Made by a program: the position numbers and the translations under genes. From Parasitella parasitica NRRL 2501 (lineage: Eukaryota > Fungi > Mucoromycota), in NCBI GenBank assembly GCA_025201805.1, contig MU619391.1:2677-56892 (forward strand): DNA of 54,216 nucleotides. Direction: 5' to 3'. The notes beneath the pieces are model-generated. The model saw nothing but the letters and a program-made list of their open reading frames with translations. It did not search any database and was not told the origin of the DNA. Positions 1 to 12,791 of this stretch are shown here, in pieces (the first letter of the stretch is position 1; each line of letters opens with the position of its first letter).

Positions 1-1477
1 ATATCTATCTTTGCTGTCGAGATATTGCCAAAACTAGGTCTTGCAAATTTTTCAGATTTTACAGCATATGGTCCTATAACAAGTACCATATTTTGCAACT
101 AAACCAAGTTCAAGTTTTTAAGTAAAGTAATAAAGCATGTTTTTTTACTCCTACTAGTTCTAAAAATGTTGTATTTAAGCTCGAAATTGAAAAGCTTGAG
201 CCAGTTTTGTCTTTTTACGTTAAACTTTGTTCTCCAGTTTCTCAACAAACCACTAAGACACTTTGGCTTGAGATATTATTAAAATCTTTTTGAAACTTGA
301 TTTTCTACTAGATGTATTAGTTTTTAACTGAATAGGTAGAAAAAAATATTTTCTCATGTGTTTTTAGCAGACGCTTATTTTATTTTCATAACTTTCAGAG
401 CAATAAATGGTATATAAAGATATATGAGAGAGCAATACAAAAATAAAGCTACAACATAGCTACCGAAGGGTTTTTGTTTTGTCAAAAAATACCAATTTTT
501 GAGGGAGAAAATCTCATAAAATGGAATCAGTTTTTACCCTTTTGAATGGCTTCATTTTGGCCCTCTAAACATAGGACCGGAATATTGTAGATTCATTTTG
601 GTCGAGACAAGATTTTGATTTTTGGCAGTAAAAATAAAGCCACAGTTGTGAACAAGATATTGATGTGTAGGTATTGACATGATGGTTTGTTTGGTCAACT
701 TTATAGAGCTGCAAGTGCTCCAAATTGTCTTGAATTTACTCAAAAACTATCAAAAAAGGCGTTTTTTGAATATTTGAAAATTGGTAATAAGAAAAGGTGT
801 TTCTGTAATGTTGTAATTTATATGGCTGGATGCAGAATTTATTTTTTGCCATAAAGCACTTAGTACACATATCCGATATACCTATTGCGTTTATGAGATA
901 TCCAGCAATGAACTATGCAACAAAAAGCTCGAAACTGGTTTCGCTCAAATGGAAACACAGTGCTGAGATTCAATCTACAGCCTCTTTTTTCAATGTACAT
1001 GAGTGCAACACCTATTTTCAATTGAAGAGAAAAGCATTGCTATAAAAATTAAAAAAAGCTTAGAAAAATACAATTATAACTCTTCTTGGTTTATTAAAGT
1101 TAAAATGTAAGTGAAGTTCTGGTTAGCTCCTTGAACTTCATCTTATTTATAGTAAAGTAAAATATAGTGAATTCAAGTTACTAATGTAATAACTTGTTAA
1201 TCTTGATTAAATTAAGCTTCATGGGAAAGCAGTAAGCAGTGCTTGATTAATGTGGAGTACAAGTTGTACAATCGTCTTCAAATGTATAATATTAATGGTA
1301 TAATTCTTATAATTAATGCTTTATTCTCGGGATCTTAGTCAAGAACTAAGATCTGCTTTACTAATTCAATATGATGTGTGAAAGACTGCCAGTAATTCAC
1401 ATCAAGCATGATTCTATAATAGGTACCTTCCGTATGTCCACATATGAATCAATAGCTGAGATACTGTATAATACGTT

Positions 1478-1885
1478 TTGTATCCATATAAATGCTACAT
1501 ATGTCATATCTAACTTAGTCATAATGCACGGATCATGATATTAATTGTTGGTAATCTTTTACAAATAAGGAATAAGCTACAAGTTGTAATATTGAACCTC
1601 TTGCAAGGTTCTGAGCTTATTCAAAGATTACATCAAAATCAGATCGCAGGTCGTCGGGGAGACATCTTGCCCATATCTTCTCTTTATTGTAAAATAGAGT
1701 AAGTCTGTTCCTGGAAATGCTGTGATTTAATAATGTTTGACACTTGCTGTCAAACATCATATGTTATGTGGAGTAACATTGATTGGGATACATTTTTGTA
1801 TAAATAGGGATGGCATCTTTTATGTCAATAAAGCTCTTCAGTTTTGTATCTGGTTCTATACAGAGAAAGTCTAATTTAGTTTTAC
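1478..1885. repeat. Dispersed repeat copy 1 (~400 bp), similar to 28255-28645; probable degenerate transposon fragment
   Basis: TTGTATCCATATAAATGCTACATATGTCATATCTAACTTAGT...CTGTTCCTGGAAATG...TATCTGGTT aligns colinearly, in the same orientation, with 28255-28645, with scattered substitutions and indels. Confidence 0.85.
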
Positions 1886-2333
1886 ACAGCATTGATGACC
1901 TATTCCACCCCTCCCTCTACAACCATAGGGAAAGAACGGAGGGGGACTCATTTCAATCGATACGAGATTCCAATTATTATTGGAAATAGTAGAGTTATGG
2001 ATGTGATCAACATATTGACGTAGAATTATTGCTTTTAAGATAGGGTATACATCCTAGGTTTTCAAGCATGTTTGAGAAGTTGTGATATCTAGCTTGATGC
2101 CAAACATTTCATCTTCCAAGAAACAACAGAAGAACATGCATCGCTTTTTATACGTCATCAACCAGAGGCAGTGATTGTTAGAGCGGCGCCTTTTATAAAT
2201 TACATTGTTTGTCGAGGGTAGGGGAAGGGCCTCTCTTCTTTCAAAAGCCCCGCATTTTTTTTTGTTTTTACTTAGCAAAAGCCCTTCTCCCCACTCTCTC
2301 TTTTCTTTCAATTATTTATTAAACAAGTTCAAA

Positions 2334-3264
2334 ATGGCTTCCTTGTCGCGCTCGTTTGCGTCTGCCATTGCTAATCGCTCTTACACAAATGCACCTGCTT
2401 CTGCAACTGCATTAAAGAGAGTTTTCGCATTATCATCCAGCAATTCCGAAGACGAACATCATGAATCTCACAGCAGCCAACCCTTGTTCACAGCCTCTGT
2501 CAAGCAAAGAGCTGCAGGTGGATTAGTCAACAAAACCAATGTCAACGGTAAGCTTTTTTTTTTCTTTTTTTTTGGAGTAAAAGCGACAAAAAAGACTTTG
2601 ATTTTTAATCAGTCTTTGTTGTAGTTGGACCCATCAACGATTTTCAACTACGTCTCAACCACACCACCTCTATCCCCGATTTTTCAAAGTACAAAAAGGT
2701 CAAGAATAGCGGTGAGGCCAGTCGTGCATTTACGTACATGATGATTGGCACCACTGGCTTGATTTCAGCAGCTGGCGCTCAAGCCACTGTCACTGATTTC
2801 TTAGCCAACATGTCTGCATCTGCTGATGTTTTGGCCCTGGCCAAGGCTGAAGTTGATTTGGCATCCATTCCCGAGGGAAAGAACGTTACAATCAAGTGGA
2901 GAGGAAAGCCTGTTTTCATTCGTCATCGCACTCAATCAGAAATTGCTGAAGCTAACGAAGTGAACGTCCAAGAGCTGCGTGATCCCCAGCAAGATTCTGA
3001 AAGAGTCAAGGATCCTGACTGGCTTGTCATGTTGGGTGTTTGTACCCATTTGTAAGTTGCTTAATTTTGGAAGAGATTGTGGTGATTAATGCATTATGTA
3101 GGGGTTGTGTTCCCATTGGTGAAGCTGGTGATTATGGAGGTTGGTATTGTCCTTGTCACGGTTCTCATTATGATATTTCAGGCCGTATTCGTAAGGGTCC
3201 TGCTCCTCTTAACCTCGAAATTCCTGAATACAATTTCTCGGATGATAAGCTTATTATCGGTTAG
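2334..3264 (+). CDS. RIP1: Ubiquinol-cytochrome c reductase Rieske iron-sulfur subunit; exons 2334-2547, 2625-3051, 3102-3264
   Basis: Spliced product contains Rieske boxes CTHLGC and [19 protein letters not shown] and [10 protein letters not shown]; both GT-AG introns keep the frame. Confidence 0.97.
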
Positions 3265-4325
3265 AATGTAATACAAAGCAATAAACTATATAAATACTAA
3301 ATGTCTATCATTTGCGTTATGCTATCATTGAGAGGAATGGCCTTTTTTTTTTTCTTCCATCATATATATATTTACGGGGGAAATAATAATATGCTCAATT
3401 GATCAGATTGAGGTAATCATTGGTGATATCGCAATGCGTTTTCCAAAAGACTGGATTGAATGCCCGTAAAATCATGTTTGGAATACGCATATCATTATAT
3501 ATTGTTAATTCAATTGGTCAGCATCAGGATGCTCAATTTGATTGTTACTGTGCATTATATTAAGCATAAGGCTATATTATCCCTATTTGATCAAAATAGT
3601 AGACTAAGCATGAGTTCGATACCAAGATTTGTTTTCACCCAATTTCATTGAAAGAAATGAGAGCTATAAAACACCGATCAGATACGAAAGAAATATAGGC
3701 AAAGCATTGCGACAAGCCGAAGCACAATCTCTTTGTTGTTATGTCGATACCCAATATGGACTTTTTAACGATACGAAATTTTGTCAGATAGCAGGTATAT
3801 ATCACTAGGACATTTAACCAAGCTCCAATCATGGTATCATCAAATTTCTCGGTTGTGTCTTGTCGAACTCGTCGAATATTTTCTATTGCAAATTTAATTG
3901 CTTTACTATATTAGGAGACACAGCTGGCTAGATCGATGATTTTATAGCGCAATTGATCTATTACTAGTAGCTTATGGGGTCTTCAAGTTAGCCTTGTGTT
4001 TCTAATCTGATCCTAAATTCTTCTTTTTCTGCATTCATTGGGCATTCCAGCATGCAAAAGTTATTTATGAGATGGAAGCAATTTATTGCGACGAGGGGGG
4101 GCAAACCTTGATAACTGTACATCTATTATATGCAGAAACAATAAAATTTATTTATACTAAATGATTGAACCCATAAAACTTGCAGGGCTGGTATTTAATT
4201 AAGGCCAAATTTAGCGCATAACTTGAGTGGATATATTAAACAATCTCTGTTGTGTACCTTGCTTCCTTTTTCTTTTCTTTTCTTCATCTGAAAACAACAA
4301 CAACCAAAAAACAAAAACAAAAACC

Positions 4326-6757
4326 ATGGACTCGGCATCCATTCACTCCTTTTCATCCAATGTGCCTTTCAAACAGCCTATTGTCATCACTCATTACATA
4401 TCAATGTTCATCACATTTCTCGGCTGCTATCCTTTACTGTTGACTCGGCAAATACGAAAACGAAAATCTCATATCCTTGGAATTTCTATATTTTTCGCTT
4501 CGGTCGGCTTCATCTCTGGCTGTTTCATCAAGGAAACAGAGCAGCAGCAACAGCAAAACACCTGGACATCTTTCATATTCAATACATCCGCCATTCTTTT
4601 ATTGTGTCTAGTTTTCACCCACATTCTACTGGTTACCTGGAGATCAAACCTTCTTGGCCATGTTCCAATAATGCAATCCATGCTAAACAAATGCTTCAGG
4701 AATGTGCCCAAATGGGTTGATCTAGCCCTTGGATGGTTTAATCTGATGGTAGCATTTGGCTATTTGATGCTGGCTGCAGTTATATTTACCGAGAGTTGTA
4801 TACAGGAAAACACGACCGCACAGTGTTTGCTGCCCGTCGCCATGGGAACAGGCTTTCTCTTGTATGGTACACTGGTGCTATTGCATTTATTAGCCATTAT
4901 TAAATTGCCGCGTCCGTCCACTCCAGAGTATTACGAAGGTGTGATTCTCACGTTCTGGGGATTCATCAGCCTACTTTTTGCAGGTAATTATTGCATTCGA
5001 TGCCTCCTACAACTATTTGTTTGTCTATGTGTTTCATTGTTGTAAACATATGATCCTTTTGTAGGAGAGAGATGTACTGACGCTTTTTTTTTTTTTTTTG
5101 ATGGATTTAGGTACGCCAATTTTGGGTTCAGAATGGCGGGCCATCAATCTAGGCCTTTTATGGTTCACAGGTGGTCTATTTTCTATAAGCTTGAGCGTAC
5201 AGACGTGGATACCCGCGTTGCGTGAAAGAAACATTATAAATTCCCTCATAGTATGTTTGACAGGAAGAGGTAAGATGACGATTTTAAGGGGGAGGGGGGC
5301 GGGCCAAAAGGTACATTAAATCTCACATCTACGAATGTGTAGCTATTGTATGTGGCATAACGCAGATAGAAGATGACTATGTGATACAAGTACATACCAC
5401 GCTGGGTTACATATTGATCATCGGTGCCACTGCCCGCATTGCTCAGATTGTATTTCGTAAATCACCCGTCGAAAATCTGCCACATCGAATGTTTCAACAA
5501 ATCACAGATACCACGAACGCTATGGATATTGAAGAAGATGAAGAGCAGGATCAACACAGCAAGAAGCAACAGAACAAGTGCAAGCATCGACTCATATTCG
5601 CTTCAATAACGCTAGTTGCCGGATTACTAGCCTCGCTCATGTCAATATGCGGGGGAATTTTATTTATGGGAGCAAATAGTGGTTGGATCAACTATATGCG
5701 CTATTACGTACGAGACTCGTCGACATATGTGAATGTTACTGTAGCTGTTGCATTCCTGTGGTCTGCATATGCATTTGGCCTCTGTACAATTTACAAGAAT
5801 TTAAGAGCCAAAAATGCCATTCATCAATACGAATACATGGAATTAGAGAACAATGCTGCTAGCAGCACTGATTTACCCCTTACGAGAAATTATGACGACG
5901 AAAGTAGGGAATGGTCATTGCCATTGAATGCTCCAAAGAGTATCAACATTAACACACAGCATAATGTGAGTGCTTTCATGACAGCAACTAGTTCACCTCC
6001 CACAGACGTTATTTTGGCTTCATCACCAGGCAAAATATCAGATATTAGCGACTTTATGGACTCTCCTACACCCCAACAGCATAAGCCTTTGCTTGAAACT
6101 GACACAACTAACACCACAGCCGAGAAAACAATCCGACCATCCGAGTACCGTGCTAAACGGCGATCGTTGCTGATCCAATCATCAATGCCAATTGTAAACA
6201 ATTCTAAAAGAGCAAGGTCCTCATCAATGTTCGGTGTAGGCGGTGTATTGCCTGATGAAATTGCGCAATTCCCAAAGACGCCTCCAGTAGCCGATGCAAC
6301 CTTCAGACGTTCATGGATGTCATCAGCATCTTCGTCTTCTGCCGGCGGTTATTACTCTGAATGCAACATGGAATCTGCACCCAATTCGCCTCCACCACCA
6401 GATCAAAGACCCTATTCTATGATATTATCTACTTTGCCTCAGGAAGATGCGTATCACCGACAGGTGCAACAAACACACAACATAAACGAAACGCCATGCG
6501 TCGAATATACCAACAGCAGCCCGTTTGAATCTCTAGTAGATGATGGGACTAGAAGGTCTGTTCATAAAACTGAAAGTGGAAAGCGCAAAGAACGCCGACT
6601 AACACCACATTATAATAATAGCAGCGAGATTGTGATAGGCAATAGCAGTGGAACAGATCGAGGTCAATTCCAGAGATGGTCACCTCACCCTCAGCCAAGC
6701 AGCAGCACATCAAATAACACAAGCTCAACTTGTCCTCAAAGCTCATCCAAACGATAA
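4326..6757 (+). CDS. YTP1-like multi-pass membrane protein with long Ser/Pro-rich C-terminal tail; exons 4326-4983, 5111-5269, 5343-6757
   Basis: Many hydrophobic helices; segments QCLLPVAMGTGFLLYG, PEYYEGVILTFWG, RERNIINSLIVCLTG and VHTTLGYILIIGATARIAQI resemble the fungal Ytp1 domain; splice junctions keep the frame. Confidence 0.7.
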
Positions 6758-7167
6758 AAAAAACCCGAAAAAGATGGCTCGAGAAAATACATATACACAA
6801 TATATACACCACATTGTTACATACACAAATTTTATATACATAGTAAATCAACCAGCACTCCCATTCACAAGTTAATAAAATACAATTGCCCAGTCTACTA
6901 TCCCCTGAGAAACAGAATTTGTTTGTTATTCATAAAAACGCAATGCTGTTTTCCCATCTCGTTAAACCAATCAGTACCTCGACTGTATTTGTAAGCGAAA
7001 CATGGTTTCCATGATTGGCATTGAAACTCCCAAACTTTTTTTTTTCTTTTTCTGAAAAGCCTATATAAGGGCATGAAATCATTTCTATATCAATGTGTTT
7101 TTCTCTTATTTGTATTCTGTTTCAATTTTACCAACGGCACTAAACTACGAGTATTACTATCATCATC

Positions 7168-8597
7168 ATGGTAATCAAATCTCAATCTAGATATCGAGAC
7201 GACGATGACTTGAGCTCAGACGGTTCGTTTGATTGGAGCAGTGATTCTGCACCCAAGACAAAGAGAAAGTCTGCTAGAAAAGGTACTTGAAGATAGTACA
7301 TGAATTCTACTACTCAACCAAGGCTCATTGAATTCTCTCTTATTTAATGCAGTGAGTCCCACCGCAAACAAAGCATCTGCGGCTGGTAAGTAAGGATGAA
7401 TTACACACCGATCGCCCCCGGTCGGCACCTGAACATCTATTTTGACATTTGCTCTCTCATACATAGCCAAGGGTCCTATCAAGAAAGCTAAAAAGCCTGG
7501 AAGAAAGCCATTGGAGTCAGTCAATGTAAGGGCGTGGGGTTTTCTCTTTTTTTTTTTTTTTGTTTTACTATGTTTGGAGATTTCTCACAAGTCTTGATTA
7601 GGTATTGCCATCTGATCCAAAGTTGAAGAGAAAAGCACAAAATCGCGCAGCACAGAGAGCATTTAGAGAGCGCAAGGAGCAGTTTGTCAGTGAGCTTCAA
7701 GATCAAATGTGTCAACTTCGAGAAGCCAAAGAGAAACGAGAGAAGGAGCTTTCTGCTGAAAATGCTCGACTCAAACAGGAAAATGAGAAGCTTAAAGAGG
7801 AAAACTATTTGCTGAAAGACGCCCAATTCACATTCCAGTTCCCATCAAAGAAAACAGATGATCCTTTGCAAGCAAGGACGGATAAATCTATGCCGATTCC
7901 TTCAGTCTCGACGCCCAACACTGACGATCAGATAATGTTATCGTATCCCGACATGGACAGTCAATCACCAACGGAAGCCTCTATATCTGGCTTTGATTGT
8001 GAAAATGGCAGTAATTGTGGCGAGTTATCAGATTATCGAGGCGATAGCACATCCGATTCCCTGCCAGAATCAAGTCTGATACAGGGAGCTGAAACTAGAG
8101 AGCCCGGATTCACACTTCATCATTCAGCAGATCTAGACTCCTCCTACAGTCTTTTCAATGGCAAGGACAGCCCACTCTTGAACGATTATTGTGTGCCTTC
8201 CACTGAAGCTGACTTTCTGATACAAGGCGAGCCCTTGCCAGCTTTATTCGGCACAGAGATGGATCTTTTTGGAGCTAATGCTTTGGAGGGAAACACCGAA
8301 TTGGACGGTTTTTTTAGTGAGCAAACGCAGGCGTTGGTAGAGCAACACACCATACGCAAATGCCGGTCTGAGAACGAGAAGCCTTGTAAGAAGAAAATTC
8401 TCGGCATGCTTCGCCGTGCTCGTGGAACAAATCGCTCTCTTGCAGAAATCAACCAAGACGTAAAGAGCTACTGCCCTGATTTCAGCCTGGACCAACTGTG
8501 TGATGATTTGAAAAAGAAAATTACATTTGATCCACACCATACCTTGACAGATGACGATGTTGACTTGTACATTGAATGTATTCAACGAAATGCTTGA
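7168..8597 (+). CDS. AP-1-like (Yap1/Pap1 family) bZIP transcription factor; three short 5' exons precede the main exon starting near 7602
   Basis: KKPGRKP...KRKAQNRAAQRAFRERKE basic region plus leucine zipper; C-terminal DFSLDQLCDDLKKK resembles the Pap1/Yap1 cysteine-rich domain; GT-AG introns join ATG 7168 in frame; TATA-like CTATATAA near 7061. Confidence 0.88.
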
Positions 8598-8869
8598 GAG
8601 TGGCACGATCTCTTTCCCTCTTCTCTTGTTTCTATATATTCAGAGCTTTTTATCACATTATTTCTTTTCTTCCTCTCCACCACCACCACCACCACCTCCC
8701 TTTGTTCTTTTAATCTTATTTTAGAATTCTAATTTACCCAAAAAGACGATCCCATAGTAAAGATCAGATAAGATTAAAGAAACGATTTGTTTGTTATTTC
8801 GAAACTGAAACTTTGGCAAATTTGGTATTTGATCGATTAGACTTGGTAATTTTATTTTTATTTTATTTT

Positions 8870-9781
8870 TTACATCTTGGGTGCAAGACGATGGAAGGGG
8901 ACATTCAAAAGTCTAACGATATCACGGTACATCTATGAGATGAATCAGTCAGTATCCTAGACGTATATACAGCATAAACATTGGCGTTTACCTCGTCCTT
9001 TAATTGCTTGTATACAATTCCTGATTTAGCCTTGGGAGCCCATTTCAAGGCGAGTTCTTTTGCTTTGTCAAACACTTGATTTTCGGGGCAAATGATATCA
9101 ACAAGCTCTTGATCCAATGCCTCTTGTGCAGTGAAGCGATGACCTTGCAAGACCATATCACGATAGGTCTTGGGGTTCATCTTGTAACGCAAAAGACCAG
9201 CCATGCCAGGAGTGAGGGGAGAGGGAAGGTCGACTTCATTCATGCACAAGTAGCCGCGGTCAGAGCGCATTACACGGTAATCTACGTTCGAAAATGTGAG
9301 TGCTATGTTGGCTTGCGATAAATTTGCAAGAGTTACCGTGAGCAAGAGCCAACATACAGCCGCCAGCAAAAGCATGGCTACAATTACCATTGTTACGATT
9401 AGTATTTTCACATTTTGGTGTTCATTCAAAACTATAGTACCCGTTGATTGCAGCCACAGTAGGGATGCAGAAAGTGACCAAGCGTCTGAGGACTGAGAGG
9501 TAAATATCCATGAAAGGGGTGTAGCTGAGGGCATGCATCAAATCTAAGCCGTTGCTATAGATTTTATCGTTGCCAAGGGTAACCAATGCCATATCAACAG
9601 GGTCTTCAGACGAAAGAAAGGCATCTTCGACAATTTGAAGTGCTTTGAGGATAGATTGACAGAATTCAGTGTTGAAGCGGTTATCTTTTTCATGCAAATG
9701 AAGGATAAAAAGAGGCCCCTCTTTGGAAAGTGTCATGAAATGACGCTCGTTGCTTGGAAGTGCTACTGGGAAATCTGACAT
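8870..9781 (-). CDS. Enoyl-CoA hydratase/isomerase (crotonase) family protein, probably peroxisomal delta3,delta2-enoyl-CoA isomerase; 3 exons
   Basis: YSNGLDL, PTVAAINGHAFAGG (after splicing), DYRVMRSDRGYLCMNEVDL; last exon 8870-8932 ends ...HRLAPKM*, a PTS1-like tripeptide. Confidence 0.9.
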
Positions 9782-10352
9782 GTTTTGCTGATGGCAATAA
9801 ATAGTGTTGAGAAAAAAAAAAAAAAAAAAGAATTATATTTTGTTTAAATAGATTCCTATACAGTTTTCACATGTATTTTGCAAAGGAAGGCTTGGGCTTG
9901 AATTTTTCACTCACGACCTGTTTAAATGACAAATCCTAAATGACTTACATTAGAGATTACCCTTTGCCAATCATGCATAACAAATATGGGAAAAAGGGCA
10001 GCTATGCATACGAACGTTATTATCATCGCAAGTGCCATCTTTCACGTGCGTTTTGCTTTGCTATAGGCCCTGTAAGATATACGGTACATGTTCAGATTCT
10101 AATTAGAATTAGAGATGAACCCCTGAAAANNNNNNNNNNNNNNNNNNNNNNNNNNNNNNNNNNNNNNNNNNNNNNNNNNNNNNNNNNAAAAAAAAAAAAA
10201 AGCATTTGTTTTAGTAGCGATGGCTGTACATCCATCATGAAGTTTGCAGATATGTAAGATAGATTGAATAAAAGAAAAAAATGAACACAAAAAAATGGAT
10301 AGAGTAGGAGGAGAACAGTAGTAGCGGTTCAAAAGCACTGAACACTGCTTTA

Positions 10353-12791
10353 CTAGTTGTCCAGAGCAGTGCGAACTAGTTGAGCCAAAAAAAAAAAAAT
10401 TAGTGTAAATGCCAATTACATGCCCACGAAAACACTTGTACTTACGGAACATGTTGATTGAAATAGCTACCACCACAAAAAAGGTCAAGATAGCAGGCCC
10501 GTATTTATCAGAGAAATCACCAAGTTCGTTTCTCTCTACTCTGTCAGCGCGATCATGGTACTTGTAAAGTGCATAAATCATGACAGACATAGAAAGAAGT
10601 GTAAATATAACTGCAGAGATACGACCCACCTTGTCAGAAAAGTTTAGCAGCCCAATAGCCAATCCACCCAACAACAATGTAAATTTGAGCCAATGCAAAA
10701 AGGTACGTTCGTTTGCAAAGTATGTTTTGGCAGGAGGAGCTTTAGTGGGGATAGGTCGTCCGCGGCCTTTTGCACCCGTTGTGGTCGTCTCTTTGCGGAC
10801 AAAAATGGTCTTGGATTTCTTGTACAAAGTCTTCAAACCGGCGGGTGATAGCTGCTTGAGCAAGCCGTCGTTGGCTTTGACATTGCGATCTCCAGTGTGT
10901 GAATTTCCATCGCCGCCAATGAGCAACGGTGTTGATTCGGTTGCCTCACGCATAGCAATTTGAACATGCTCATCAGTTGTTAATTTCGAGCCATCATAAG
11001 CACTACCGCTGCTACCAGATACTGAACTGCTAGAGAGCGCTTCAGGGCGAGACACCCCAAAGACTTTGTTACGAGGCTTGCGGATGTCAATATCCATTTG
11101 AGGCAACCAGAAAGGCAAATCATTGATATTGTCTTCCAACAAAGTAGCACAGCCGTGAATAAACTTGGAAAATTTGGGCACAGACTCTACCAAATGCGAA
11201 TTGACTAGCTCCAAAACCCATTGAGGAGGCTCCTGACCGACATGCGTTTGGAGCTTAACTTCGAGAACTGCGTAAGGGAAGCGGCAAATGTCACTCTCGG
11301 GGAGCTGCTTGAATGGATAATCCACGCCAATGTCCATCCGACGCCAATTATCGCCGGACCTGTTTCTATCAGTATTGTCCTCTCTAATAAGGCTCAGCTC
11401 AGTGTCTAAACTAATGCGGACTCGAGCATCACCGGGCAACTGGAAGGCAGTGCGGTTGTAGAAGGTCCGCATCATAGGGTGGAGGCGCTTGGTCAAGGTG
11501 GTGTATTGGACTTCCTGAGCAAGCTGCTCCAACTCTTGAATTTCCTTTTCTGATTTGCGGCCCTGCTCTCTAGTTTTAGCAAATAGTTCGTCGGTTGTGT
11601 AGGTGCCTTGAAGGAAGCTGTTTAGATACTTTTCTTTGATTGGAAAACGTGCCTTGACGGACTTTTCACCTGTCCAATCTTCATGGTGTGTTTTACGTTC
11701 CACGAAAATTGTGTTTGAATCCATCCCACCATACCAACGCATACGGATCGCCTCAGCGCCCTCAGTCTTCTCTAAGCGGCCCATATAAAGATCGAAATCA
11801 TCGTTGTCGTAATAGACACTGGTAATAGCGGAATCCTGGGCTTCGAATTCCTTGTTGGGATTAAAGACAAGGACAGGCAAGTGCTTCAGAATGACTAATT
11901 TGAGTTCGGTGATGTTGTCAGGATGAACCCTACACATTTGAGCGTTAATCCTCGGGAAAGCCAAATTTTAAACTTGTGATAAACATACCAGTACTTTGTG
12001 GTGTTTCTGACAAACGCAGATTGCTTGCCACCAGCACCAGAATCTCCGCCTCGCTCCTTTCCACGGGTGCGCACACGATCGTACAGAGTAGAGATGCGGA
12101 TGATCAATGCATCGTAATTTTCCTTGTAAAACGGCTTTGCATTCAATCGCACGCCAAACATCGGCTTTAATGGCCATCCTGTCACTTTCTATTGTTACAA
12201 TTTTTTTTTTTTGGTTCATGTTAGACGGCGATCCAAAGACACTGATTTCCCCTTTCCCCACGTGCAAATCGTGATTGGTCGGATCACTGTATTCTTTCGC
12301 ACTCCTTCTCTGTCCAAAATGTGAAACTTACATCGTGCTTCTTGATAATCTTCAAAAAGCCAGTGTAATTCAACCTTGTAAACTTTGCCAGGTCATGTAC
12401 ATCAGCAATAACGTGTCCGAGTTCAATCTCTGAGGCAGTGAATTCGTCTTCCTCGGGATTCTCGGACTGGCAAAGGATATCCACCTCTCGAGCCTCGTTT
12501 TCGATACGACGATTAATCTCTCCCAATTTGACACGCTGGAAGGTATACACCTTGTCGAGCTCCTTTTCCAACAATTCGACAAACTTACTCTCGCTTTCCT
12601 CGGACCAAACGCCACCAACAGCTTCTTTTTTGAGAATAGACTTCAGATCCTCATACGCTATGTTTAACGCATTATGTTAACCAACCGAGCCCCTTTTGTC
12701 CCTGCGACTGCAAATGTGACATTTGCTTACCAACATAATGGAAAGTCCAATCAGGATTTAACGAGGTTCTGAGGGTGTGTCCAAATTTCAT
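10353..12791 (-). CDS. VTC4: Vacuolar transporter chaperone 4 (polyphosphate polymerase): SPX + VTC + DUF202 transmembrane domain, multi-exon
   Basis: N-terminal MKFG SPX start, [71 protein letters not shown]. Confidence 0.96.

Noticed and set aside
1-1100. Short ORFs (552-743, 830-1045) and MITE-like texture at the window start
   Set aside because: No recognisable protein motifs or definable element ends; it may be transposon subterminal DNA, but this cannot be supported from the window alone
3330-4055. Coding-like minus-strand stretch (…KFAIENIRRVRQDTTEKFDDTMIGAWLNVL…)
   Set aside because: Multiple stops and no identifiable family; possibly a pseudogene, but too weak to call
10099-10352. 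ORF-track extension of VTC4 through the N-gap
   Set aside because: Artefact of reading through the last intron and gap; the spliced gene stops at 10353
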